A stretch of 64,000 bases of DNA, from positions 2,914,001 through 2,978,000 of the forward strand of contig NC_043018.1 in NCBI RefSeq assembly GCF_006345805.1. Reading direction: 5' to 3'. This document shows, one piece after another, positions 1-12,270 of the stretch; within the stretch, counting starts at the first letter, position 1; each line of letters starts with the position of its first letter. The translations under genes and the position numbers were made by a program. This DNA comes from Octopus sinensis (taxonomy: Eukaryota). The notes beneath the pieces are model-generated. The model did not search any database. It was not told the origin of the DNA and saw only the letters and a list, made by a program, of their open reading frames with translations.

Positions 1-250
<250 letters not shown>

Positions 251-675
251 ATTTACATTTGTTATCGTTAGGCGAGTGCATCCGATTTCCAGTCCCAGCC
301 ACAACATCGCTAAAGTACCGTTGAAATAAATGAACGTAATAACAATCGCTAGTCGTGCAAAACACACCATAAACGTCAAATTACCTTTGCTTTCTAAATG
401 ATCGGTGATTTGTCAGAAAACCAGTCACATGATCACCAATCACATCATATTCTCTCACGACATGACAGACAACATTAATGCTATTGTCTTAGGAATCATT
501 TTCAGACGAGAGAAAGAGAGTGGTTGCGTTACTTTTCATCATAATTCTGTACAACTCTGTTTCGACTGAAACTAAACAAGTGGTCAGCGATGCGCTAAAC
601 ATATCAGTCGCATTCCTGACAATCGCAACGTGAGTTCTTGTGACATGGAAGTACACATTGAATGCTATCACCCAA

Positions 676-1094
676 TACTCTTTACTCTTTTACTCTTTTA
701 CTTGTTTCAGTCATTTGACTGCGGCCATGCTGGAGCACCGCCTTTAGTCGAGCAAATCGACCCCGGGACTTATTCTTTGTAAGCCCAGTACTTATTCTGT
801 CGGTCTCTTTTGCCGAACCGCTAAGTGACGGGGACGTAAACACACCAGCATCGGTTGTCAAGCAATGCTAGGGGGACAAACACAGACACACAAACACACA
901 CACACATACATATATATATATACATATATACGACAGGCTTCTTTCAGTTTCCGTCTACCAAATCCACTCACAAGGCATTGGTCGGCCCGGGGCTATAGCA
1001 GAAGACACTTGCGCAAGATGCCACGCAGTGGGACTGAACCCGGAACCATGTTGTTGGTTAGCAAGCTACTTACCACACAGCCACTCCTGCGCCT
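676..1094 (-). mobile_element. tRNA-derived SINE, family A (full length)
   Basis: Minus strand starts GGCGCAGGAGTGGCTGTGTGGTAAG (A-box-like) ... GGTTCAGTCCC (B-box-like), has an internal (TA)/(TG) tract and a (GAGTAAAA)n tail. Closely similar copies at 31020-31398 and 48447-48875. Confidence 0.92.
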
Positions 1095-1813
1095 ATACAT
1101 TATTTTCAGAGGAGAGAAAGAACATGGTTGGGTTATTTTTTGCCCTGATTCTGGACAATTCGGTTCCAACTAAACAAGGACTCCTCAACTTAAGAAAAAA
1201 AAAATGACATTCACATGTCCATCACCCACACAGCACTCTCTTTAGATCTGAGAGGTCACATTCAATGCTGGTGTAAAAAAATAGGATAAAAGGAGAGAAC
1301 ATGCGCGGTTGAATTACCTTCGATCATAATCCATTACAATTAGGATTTGAAAGAAGTATACTTACTGATATCAGGTATAAAAGCGATCTCTGTGGCCAGT
1401 GGATTTACTGTAACCAGCGGCTATATTTTACACTAATCTTAACTCAAATTGGAAAGAAATATCATCATCGATTGGATCATTTGGTCAGGAATATATTATA
1501 CATTCCATAGACAAAATCGGCGTGATAGTCATGGTGGGAATTTACATGATGATACATATGCTCCATTGTGGGCTGTTTCAGGCAGAACCGAAAGAATAGC
1601 AAAAAGAATTAGTGGTTCATGACACTACCTAATGATACGTCCAAGTGAAGTCAGTCAAATCGCTAGACACAGCAGCTAATACTTCCTCAATTATCACCAT
1701 AAGGTTCTCAAAATACGTGATCAGAGCGGATATATTGCTGAGCTGAATGAGATGGGATTCCATTGATTAGAACATCACACACACTAGAACAACCGCCACA
1801 CACTCACGTGTGT

Positions 1814-1845
<32 letters not shown>

Positions 1846-2419
1846 TGTGTGTGTGTTTGTGTGTGGTGTGTGTTCTGGTGTGTTTGTGTCTTTGTATATG
1901 CGTACATGAAATGATGATCTTTTTACACTCAGTGCATTGTATGATTTAAAGTCAGTAGAATCCATCTAATTTTGCTTCTATTTTATTGCAATATTACATA
2001 TTGCCATTTTGGTTATATCATTAATGAATGAATTCGGTGGTTTATTTTACTCAATGTTCAATTCAATAAAACAATTTACCTCTTGGAAATGCTTCCACCA
2101 ATAGATATATATGTGTGCGGGAGTGTATGTATATGTATGTAGGTATGAATACATATATACATACATAAATATGTACACAAGCATATCTCTCATTTCGATA
2201 TATATATATATATATATGTGATGTGTGTGTGTATAACTATAAATATCATACATTTATTTGCTTCATATATATATATATATATATTGATTATTTGTAAAAT
2301 ATGGTCAACACTTCACACAAAAAAAATATGTATTTTTAATACGCTACACGATAAATTGCTCAGCATTTTTTTCTATATAAATGCATTGAAATTTAAATAG
2401 GATTTGTCCAAAAACTATC

Positions 2420-2521
2420 ATTGTTATCATTATTATCATTATTATTATTAACATTATTATTATTACTATTATTATTATTATTATTATTATATTATTACTA
2501 TTATTATTATTATTATTATTA

Positions 2522-2596
<75 letters not shown>

Positions 2597-2630
2597 CATC
2601 ATCATCATCGTTGTTGTTATCATTATTGCT
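2420..2630. repeat. (TTA/TCA)n microsatellite
   Basis: Triplet run, followed by shorter (GTT)n/(GGT)n tracts to about 3300. Confidence 0.95.
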
Positions 2631-2966
2631 GTAGTTTTGTGTTTGTTTGTTTTAGTATTGTACAGTTTGGTCCTAAGCTCTGCTGCTCCATACGCAATCG
2701 TTCTTCGACGTAGTAGTAATATTAGTACTAGTAATAGCAGAATTTGAAGTTGTTGTTGTTGTTGTTGTTGCCGTTGGTGTTATGCCGTTGTTGTTGTTGG
2801 TGTGTGTTTTCATAGTATTTGTTTCAGTGGTGGCAGTAATTTCATAATCAAAATTATTGTTATTATTAGGCATTTCATTATATTCATCCTTTTGTGTTTT
2901 TTAACTATTTTTTGTTTATATGCAATTTAATATTGCACTTAATATTGTTGATATTTATTGACGCTC

Positions 2967-3009
<43 letters not shown>

Positions 3010-3543
3010 AATCATTTATGTATATATTCATTTATTCGTGTTCGTAAATATCGCAGGGATATCATATTCTAACTAGATTTGTGATTTTAATCTAAACAAT
3101 AACCTTTGGTTTCTTCTTGTTTTTTTATTCTGTTCTGCTTTATGCAATATTAGCACCAATATTTTTTTGGAAACAGTTGGCGGCGAGGGATTATTCAAAT
3201 GATATTTCACTTGAAATCAGAACAAGTTAATTATGTGTTTTGTTGTTGTTGTTGTTGATTATGGAAGCGGCGGCGGTGGTGGTGGTGGTGGTGTTAGTAG
3301 TGGAAGTGCTGGTGATGTAGCGTGTGCTGTGAGTTGTTCTAGATTTGTTTAGTTTTAAAATATTTTTTTATTGCATTATTCTACTGGAAATATCTTGAAT
3401 AATTTTTTTCCCTTCTTGCTTCTCTGTTTGTTTGTCAATGCCTCTAATATAATTTGACAACAAAATGGCTCTTCATAAATTAGAGTGGTTTCACACACAA
3501 AAAAAACGCTAGGACGTAATCATGGCATTCTACTATATTTACA

Positions 3544-3544
<1 letters not shown>

Positions 3545-3587
<43 letters not shown>

Positions 3588-3661
3588 TAACAACAATAAT
3601 AATAATAATCATAATAATAATAATAATAATAATTAATAATAATAACGACAACAATAACAAC

Positions 3662-3730
<69 letters not shown>

Positions 3731-3745
3731 TAATAATAATAATAA
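3545..3745. repeat. (AAT)n microsatellite
   Basis: Direct inspection. Confidence 0.97.
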
Positions 3746-3829
3746 CGACAACAACGTAATGGTGACAACACTTTTTGTCAGCATTAGAGAATGCTGACAG
3801 AAATATAGTGTAAACCTATAATGGCTTCA

Positions 3830-4075
3830 GAGAATGAATGACAGTGCAGCCTCCGTCCAAGATATGACAATTCCAATCCATATCGACAGAGAAATTAAGC
3901 TTAATTAGCTGGGTATTGTTGTCATGAACCACTACGGAAAGAAGTGCCATTTAGTATAAGTACCACAATCACAAGAGGATAATGCATTCCGAAATCCATT
4001 GAGAACATTTTCTAAATATATTGATCTTGAAATTGAGATAACCAGAATATGGAAATTTGTAAAAAGACACAACAG
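3830..4075 (+). mobile_element. R4/Dong-like non-LTR retrotransposon relic, restriction-like endonuclease region
   Basis: Manual translation IPIHIDREIKLN*LGIVV...KKC...FSKYIDLEIEITRIW matches the recalled RLE pattern PIHTDREIKANRPDIVV...LSKYKDLEIEITRMW; contains stops. Confidence 0.75.
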
Positions 4076-4223
4076 TCATAGAAAATTGTTCCTCGAAATT
4101 CATAGCAAATGATATAAGCCAACAGCAAAACAAGACGCTCAGGTCTTAGCGTTAAATAGTTCAAGGCCTTTTACGGAATTTGATAATCACATTGCATTCT
4201 CTCCTGAGATTGGTTTGCATGAA

Positions 4224-4454
4224 AGCGGCGAACTGGCAGAAACGTTAGCACGCTGGGTGAAATGCATAGCCGTATTTCGTCTATCTTTACGTTCTGAGTT
4301 CAAATTCCGCCGAGGTCGACTTTGCCTTTCATCCTTTCGGGGTCGAGAAATAAAGTACCAGTTACGTACTGGGGTCGATATAATCGACTTAATCCGTTTG
4401 TCTGTCCTTATTTGTCCTCTCTGTGTTTAGCTCCTTGTGGGTAGTAAAGAAATA
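4224..4454 (+). mobile_element. SINE family B, full length with TSD
   Basis: GCGGCGAACTGGCAGAAACGTTAGC...GAGTTCAAATTCC...GGTCGACTTTGCCTTTCATCC core; flanked by the 12-bp direct repeat GGTTTGCATGAA (4212-4223 and 4455-4466). Confidence 0.95.
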
Positions 4455-4469
4455 GGTTTGCATGAATAA

Positions 4470-5900
4470 AAGTCAGGTCAGATATGGGTACATGTGCACT
4501 TGTAGCACGTCACTGCATCCACCTGCTCGGGTCGTCCCGGGAACCTACTGTGCATTTTGTCAGTCAGTCCTCACACCCATGAAATACTTCCTCATGTGCT
4601 GTGACCATCAGCATGTGATCGACTTACACGAGCTGTAATACTAGCAGGGTCCTCAGGGAACACGGTACACAATATCAAACTCGGAAAATCGATCAGCATG
4701 ACTGAACGGTTTGAGCTGACGCCCGCGATATACATAAGAGGCTGCTTCTCACTTGCTTACAAAATCCCACTAACCGTAACCCACAATCTTTCAGAACGTC
4801 TCGCTACTGAAAGAATTTAAGCATCATCTGTTCAAATCTCTCCACTTTAGAGCAAGACGGTGAGTATCAGAAACCTGAAAACCCGAAGGTTTCTCCTCTC
4901 GCTCAGATATCGGCAGCGCTAAACACCCTTGCTCATTTATTCCAAAACTGTACCAGCACACCCAATTCTTTTTATGACTTCAGACTCTCAGTTTTTTTTG
5001 CTATGAGTCATGCTGCCAAGAGAAGTAAAAACAGTCAACAGCGTTGACATTCTCACCCGTTACAGAGACAGAGGTGATGGAGTTTCACAGGAAGAACAGA
5101 TCTTTTTCTTGTTTCAAGAAATTTTAAGGTCAAGTGGTTCCGCTTATTTACTCAATAAAGGAGAACATTCCTTATGAGATTTAGCAAGACTAATGGCATT
5201 ATCACAGAAACCCATGTCAGTAATCCTAGTTTTATCAATGATCGCTCCAAAATTCAATCGATCCACCATCAGTCTAATTATCCAGCCCGTGCGCACATTG
5301 AACAAAGTGAGGGTCTAAATACAACCCTGATAGATCCCATATATAAAAGGTAAAAAGTCGGATTATGAGCCTTCAATTTGAAGTGCGTTCTCTGTTCAAG
5401 TATACAAGGACGCCCTCATCCCAACTAGTCAAAATCCTTCACAACATATCCCTGTCCACCGAGTCAAACGCCTGGCGGAATTTGATATAAGCTGCGAGTA
5501 GCTCCACCCTAAACACATATGCGTTGGAAGTGTACACATATAGCCATGATCCTGTCAGTCATTGACATCATTGAAGTGAACCCAGATGACCTAGGAAAAA
5601 ATTTTACCGGGCACGAAGAGGTGTGCAACACTCCGTATTCCACATGACCAAAGACGCGTCCCTGTTGCAGATATGCTCCATCATAGAGCTCCACTTACCC
5701 GCTTGCCACTCATTACTGTCCAAGTGTACACCTCAACCAGAAAAATAACTCTCAGATCATACTGAATCGTCGTTCGCATAATACGCTCGCTGAAAGTTTT
5801 ACATCTGATGCCGTTAGAACCAGCCAGTCGGCCAGTTGGAGCAACAACCTTCTCCCTCCAAAGTAGTCGGCACCTCGAGTTCTCCCTATTTGGTGAGTGT
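4470..5900 (-). mobile_element. RTE-clade LINE relic (RT to 3' end)
   Basis: Minus strand gives SSGFTSMMSMTDRIMA and LLAAYIKFRQAFDSVDRDML*RIL (RT motif DxxKAFDSV); the 3' end reads CCCATATCTGACCTGAC, the short tandem tail typical of RTEs. Heavily decayed; 5' limit approximate. Confidence 0.8.
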
Positions 5901-7844
5901 TGGGTCCGCTTCACGAAACACGCCTTATAGGCAGTCGTGGAACTACCCCAGATAAAGTGATAAAGACCTGCTTCTTATTTAGTTAATTAGCCTCTTGAAA
6001 ATTTCTTTAAATATAATTTAATATATTTTTAAGAAAATGTGGTTATCAAGATTCTGTTAATATCGAAGATTTCAACTACCCGATGCAATGAGAAATATTG
6101 TTGCAATACTGGCGTTCTCTGCTTTATGGCTACAGCAGGCTTGTCACGGTAGTCTTTGCTGGAGAGGGTTTGTGAGGTCAAAGCGGGAAAGCTACCTTTA
6201 TTTCTTTTAGCCTATTCTTTGGTATGCTGATTGCTGGATAATAAAACCAGTTCACACAGAGCACACATGACAGTGATCATCTAAAATTCTTCAGATTTTT
6301 CTTACGGACTTCCAAGAATTTTACTACAATAAAATAAAATATTATATTACTCTTCAATTTTAACTCTGCTAATGGCATGTTCCAAGACATTAACGAATGC
6401 TTAATAAAAATCTGTTACCATATATTCGAATATCGAAACTAGATCTGTTCCTTAGATGTCTAGGAATCTGCATTTATTAGTACATGAAAGTCATTAAAAT
6501 AAATAGCAGAAACTCATTAGTTTTGATTCCATCAACGAAATATAACGTTTCCAACTTTCACAGAAATTAAGAGAATGTTTCAGCTTTACTGCCGAGCAAA
6601 GGCAATTTGTGTATATAATTACGTTTTTACCAATTACTCATTTCTCATTTCTGATATTACAGCTTGGTAGGCAACATGCCAAAGTATGTGCTGGTTTCTC
6701 TGACACATAAAAAGATGAAAATCTTAAAACGCCGATCGTGTGCCAAATAGCTATTTATCGCTCCATACTATTGACATCTCTGACTTTTCAGAATATCTTG
6801 GAATCCATGCTTTGTTGTATACTTTACAACATGAATTATCTTAGAAATCTAACACATCTTCTCTTAGTGCCAAATGCGAAATTTTCTAAGGCCGTCTTCT
6901 GCACAAAATTTTAGAGTTAAGTGCATGCTAATATAATTAAAATAGTGGGAGAAATGTGAATTTTATTGAACAGAAATTACACATTTTTGCAGAAGAAAAC
7001 TATTACTGTTAATGACAATTCTTTCCAAGCAAGACTAGGAGAGGCATCAGTAAAACAATTGCTTTGACAATCAAATGAAGACACAGAAGGTCGTATAGTT
7101 AGTAAGAATGGTGTGAAAGTTTATTATAATTCACCTTCCCTCGAGCTGCTCAGAAAGAATACATCAATATAGACTCACCGATTTTAGCAGTTTGAAAGAA
7201 CGATATTGAAATATAAATCAGAAGAGATAGCTTCTGCTTGAAGAAGTTATTGCTAAGTACAGATTAATATACGTATGGTTGGGAGACAAAACGGATTTAC
7301 TTTAATGGAACTAGAGGTTTAAAGATGTTCTGAGACATCACCAGACAACACATGGTTGTGAAGTGACGTTTTATTGAAATATATATTGCGATGAAAATTA
7401 AGAAAGTCAAGGAAGTTTAATCCGTGTGGCATCACCATCCGAAAAATCTTTACAAGATCTGCACCTGCAACTATTATTCCATGCCAACGTTCATAGAAAT
7501 GAATGATAAAATCAATTGCCGGGGGTTGCAGAGATACTAACGGTGAAAGGCAGAGAGGGTGAGAGCTTGGAAACAGTAGAACTGCCTTAGCAGCATGCGA
7601 GAAATTTTAAGTCGTGTCAAAATATTAAAGTTAATGCAAAGTTCCTGAGAATATTCATTCACACACACACACACAGAGGCAAAAGCGCGCGCACGCACAC
7701 ACACATACATACACACACGGATGGACGCACGAACACATGCACATAGATATCTGTCTCATGTATTTCATATGAAAATACGTTTTGTTATTTATGATATCAC
7801 CGAAAATAATTGAGTCAAGTAATAAAAACGACGCTTTAGCTTTC

Positions 7845-7845
7845 A

Positions 7846-7886
<41 letters not shown>

Positions 7887-8200
7887 CTATATATATATCA
7901 GTCTATCTATCTGTCTATCTATCTATCTATCTGTCTACCTACCTACATACATACATACACACATACATACATACATACATACATATATACCTATCTATCT
8001 ATCTACCTACCTACCTACCTACATACATACATACATACATACACACACACATACATACATACCTACCTATATACATACATACCTACCTACATACATACAC
8101 ACACACATACATACATACATACATACATACATACATACATACATACATACATACATACATACATACATACATACATACATACATACATTCCTACCTACTA
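7845..8200. repeat. Compound (TATC)n/(TACC)n/(TACA)n tetranucleotide repeat
   Basis: Direct inspection. Confidence 0.97.
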
Positions 8201-8659
8201 TACTATAGAATCCTGCTTATGAATTAGTTATGGTTATGTAAATTTTACGAAAAGAAAGCAAACTCACTTAAAATTATTTGTTAAAACTCAATATAGTTTT
8301 AAGAAAATCTGTTTCTCACGATTCTCTTATTATTGAATATTCCAACTATCCGATTCAATGAAAAAAGTATTTTTAATACAGGTATTTCCCGCGCTACGGC
8401 TATATCAGTTTACGGATTTCCGATTATTAATTGCAGGATTCGGTCTATAATTTCGCTCTTAAGCAAACTCTTATTGTGTCGTCATGAATTGCTAAAAATT
8501 TAAAGCTACACTCTCTTCCTAGTTCAACGTCCACTTATGTTTGGTTTTTGTTAAGATCAATGTGTATACAGAGCGATTTGGAAAACTAGCATCACGTTAC
8601 GCAATTACATGCATAGACATGCGACATGTTACTTCATGTATATGTTTATGTGATTCAGC

Positions 8660-9600
8660 ATTACGGAACAATCCATCTATTATCAGCCTCATGCTGTCCG
8701 ATAGTTGCTCTGAAACCGCCGTCTTCTGGTTTTCTCCGTCTGTATGATGGCTACCTATCAGCACTTCTCTGAGTTTCTTGTAGGAACCTCTTTGGAAACG
8801 TTTTCGAACATTAGCTGTCTTTCAAGCATGGTGAGTTTATGTTGAATCCACGCTCTTATGGACCACGCACCATGTTTGCCTTAACTATTGCGTATTGTAC
8901 TTTCTGTAAAGCTGGATCAGGAAGATTTGCAGAGATCATCTTATCGATGTCAGTGGATTTGATCTTCGTTGACAGCCAAAGCAGGATATGAGCATGTGGA
9001 AGGCCCCTTTTTGACATTCGATTGTGTACATGTCACATTTTATGGGTCCGAAGACTTGTCCCTTTTGTTATGAGCTCCATGAGAGTGATTAACTCCAGAT
9101 GGAAAACTCGGGCGAGGAGGTCATGCCTGTCTGTAGGTTTTTGACGGAAGAAGAGTTCGGCCTGAATCTTTTTCCACTTGGGATTGAATGTGAAAGTTAT
9201 GAACAGGTCAGGCCTGCCCTAATGGCGGACAAAGGTCATTGCATCCTCTGTTCTTTCATGCATGTATCGGGGACTTCCACTGAACGTGCGGGGGTGGGGG
9301 TGGAAGAGGCAAACTCTTTCTATGCTTGTTGGAGCAGAATCATTTTTGATGAAATCTCGGAGATGGATGTAGCTGTCAGAACGCAATTTTTTAATGTGAC
9401 CTGAAGCAACACAATCTCTCTGTTTCCATTTTTGCGCACATATCAACTTCAGATCGATGAAACAGCTCTCAAGCCTGGTGGAGGTGGTTGCAGCAGTTGT
9501 TTCGGGTCTTTGCAGCTCATGCAGTAGCAGTTGAAGCAGCATCAATAGTTCGTTGACCTTTACGCTGGTCATCTGTTTGGAATGCTCTTGAAGTGGCTGT
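8660..9600 (-). mobile_element. Helitron RepHel fragment (Rep/HUH domain), pseudogenised
   Basis: Minus strand: LRSDSYIHLRD...TFSGSPRYMHERTEDAMTFVRH*GRPDLFITFTFNPKW...DRHDLLARVFHL...MYTIE..KRGLPHAHILLWL (HUH motif); stops and frameshifts present. Confidence 0.93.
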
Positions 9601-9647
9601 ACGTTCAGCCTTTTGTGATCGTCTAAGGAAGATGAGATCGTGAGGTG

Positions 9648-10121
9648 ATGGATAATGAAAGCAAAAAAAGTGAAAAAGTGTCAGAGCCAGAGGTATATAA
9701 GGATGAAACATCTAAGAATTTACTGATTGTGCCAGCGAAGGAAGGAGATGCAGGAGTTTAATTGAGCGAAGGTGAGATGGAGGGACTGTTCATAGTGGAG
9801 GACGAGAAGAGTGTACAAAGAGTTCAGCAAGATAAAGGAAAGAAATTACGAGGAGATGTTCAATGGAATTACGTAACGTACCCAAAATGCAAAGAGACGG
9901 AAAAGAAGATACTTACGTTCAAATCCAGAATAAAAGTTAAGCTGCCATCGTATGTATACGCAGGAGATATAAAGGCGATAGTAGCTGACAAGGACACCTA
10001 TAAGAAATTAAAAGAGTTGTCTGGAGATAGTATTGACCCACCAGGAGTGAGGGTGGAATTCAAAGAATTGCCACCAGAAGTACAATTAGAAGTTATAGAA
10101 CCCCTTATGAAATATTATTAA
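9648..10121 (+). pseudogene. Unidentified coding-like frame (157 codons) with one in-frame TAA at 9759-9761
   Basis: ATG at 9648 is in frame with track ORF 9762..10121: MDNESKKSEKVSEPEVYKDETSKNLLIVPAKEGDAGV*LSEGEMEGLF...VRVEFKELPPEVQLEVIEPLMKYY. Non-repetitive and protein-like; family not recognised. Confidence 0.45.
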
Positions 10122-11269
10122 AAAGAAAAATAGTAAGTCAAATTATGTCATTAAAAAAAGTAAAATGTTTTATGTTATAAATAGGAAAAATAATAACGAT
10201 GATAAAGAAAAAAACAATTGATTAATAACAATGTGTATAAAGGTTCAAATGGTATTGCATGAGGAGTGGGGCCCGTGAACCCATTTCACTTTTCTTCATT
10301 TTCATCTCATATTCACTCGTTTCATATTTTTGGCCCCACCGTAGTGTTGTGTCTGTCCTTGTAGTGTTCCCCTTTGTGTTGAGCCCTTAGTGCCTAAATA
10401 AAGAAACCAGGACTGAATAAGTGAAGCCTTTAACAACTGGACTCTTACTATGTAATGCCTTCCTGGATTTAACCTGGTGAAAGGAACCCTAAAGAGGGAA
10501 ATGTTTTTATAGAGTGAGCTGAATTTAGACTATTTCCTACAACCCGTTAAAATTTTGTGAAATGGCCGCAGGTTTGTACTAATTCTTTTAATCGCCTGTT
10601 TTAATTTATTTTTTAGCTTCATGATACCTCTTATAATATTTTAGGTTTTTATGTTCTTATATTTCTTTTTCATGTTTATATTTCTATATTCTTATCCTGA
10701 AACTCTTAATATAAATATGTGGATATTGGATTGGAATAACACCTCATGTCCCACATGTGAATTCTGAATTTGCTTGTCTGAACATTTTAAGAGAAATAAT
10801 TGCAATTTTTATCGTATGCCAAATTTTATTAATCTTTACCTCATATACGGGCGAAAAAGTCATTGTACTATATAGTGCAGCTTTACTTCCAGTAAACGTC
10901 TCGTATTATACATACAATCAACACATAGCAACTTTATTCTAGTAGGTTTCAAGTTTATAACACGTTAATATCTCATCTTTTCTGGTATTATTTTGTATTC
11001 GGGTTTTTATATATCTGTTTATTTTAATACTTTATGTCTATAATTTTTTAAAGGGAAACATAAAAGGGATTTTGTACAGTTCTGGAAACATCTTATTAGA
11101 ATCCTTGTACAAAGAAAAGAAGAAATGACCTCAGGACATTTTGTCTGGTATTCCTTCGTGTCTGTAATGGATGATGACATTTGCGATATATTTGCGACAG
11201 CAGAAGAAGTGTGATGATTATCGTAGAGAAGCTTAAAGGCCCGAATGTAAGCGACGACGTTATTATGTA

Positions 11270-11720
11270 TCAGGTCATCCTATAAGTTTCTGTCCGAATT
11301 TTGAATGAAGAAAACAATTGATCAAATGTTATATTTAATTGAAATTTAATCATCAATGAACTTTCCCTGATTATCTATGACTTCCTTCCATCTATTTACA
11401 AGCTTTTAAATCCCATCAATATAAAACTCTTTTGGCTTCAAATCAAAGATCTTTGAAATATCAGTTTCAATCTCTTCTTGGCTTGCGAAAGTTATGTTCA
11501 CCAAATGATTCTGTAAACTACAAAACAAATACTAGTCTGAAGGAGCAAGGTCGAGAGAATAAGGTGGATGAGGAATTTTTTCCCAAACAAGCTCATCGAT
11601 CTTCTATGATCTTCTTTTTGTTAATACCATTTTGTAGAAGACAGAATCGTAAAGATTTGGTGCGCAAATTTCTGTTTTCATTTTCGTTTATAGCATAGAT
11701 AATTTTTTTAGTCTGAAACG
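11270..11720 (-). mobile_element. Internally deleted mariner (3' transposase end plus one TIR)
   Basis: Minus strand: WEKIPHPPYSLDLAPSD*YLFCSLQNHL...EFYIDGI*KLVNRWKEVIDNQGKFIDD*; TA at 11268-11269 followed by TIR-like TCAGGTCATCCTATAAGTTTCTGTCCG. Confidence 0.88.
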
Positions 11721-11944
11721 CCACCTTCGGCCTCCAGGACGCGTTGGTCGGCCCGCGGCTATGGTTGAAAACATTGGCGAACGGAGTGGGGAGAAGAACA
11801 GGACATTTCACACGATCCGATTTTTTTCCCTAAAGAAAATGGATATTCTTCCCGACCACACGGTTCTGGGTACAGTCCCACTGCATGGTACCTTGGGCAA
11901 ACACTGGAGTTTAAATGACATGTACACATATTACATTACATTTA

Positions 11945-12270
11945 ATTATTTTTGCTCGGGTCAAACACTAGAGTTTAAAGGTCATGCTCTGAGGATGTGA
12001 ATTTCCAGAGTCCTCTCATCGCCCCCCCCCCCCAGTTCGAGAGAGCGCATTTTTTCATATTCGTTTACTGCATGCTGTTGTATATCTATTACACTATTAT
12101 TATTTTTTTTTTGCTCAGAGTTTAAAGGTCATGGTCTGACGATGCGAATTTTTCGAGTCCTCTCCCCGACACCCCGTTTGCGAGCGCGCATTTTTATTTC
12201 ATATTCGTTTACTACATGTTGTTGTACACCAATTACACTATTAAGTTTTCTTTGCCCTGGTCAAACCCTT
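11945..12270. repeat. Diverged tandem repeat, about 150-bp unit x2
   Basis: AGAGTTTAAAGGTCATG...GAGTCCTCTC...GCGCATTTTT..CATATTCGTTTACT..ATTACACTATTA occurs twice (from about 11970 and about 12117). Confidence 0.85.

Noticed and set aside
865-1173. Recurrent ORF MLGGQTQTH...RQASFSFRLPNPL (also 30780-31214 and 48215-48625)
   Set aside because: Antisense translation of SINE family A, not a gene family.
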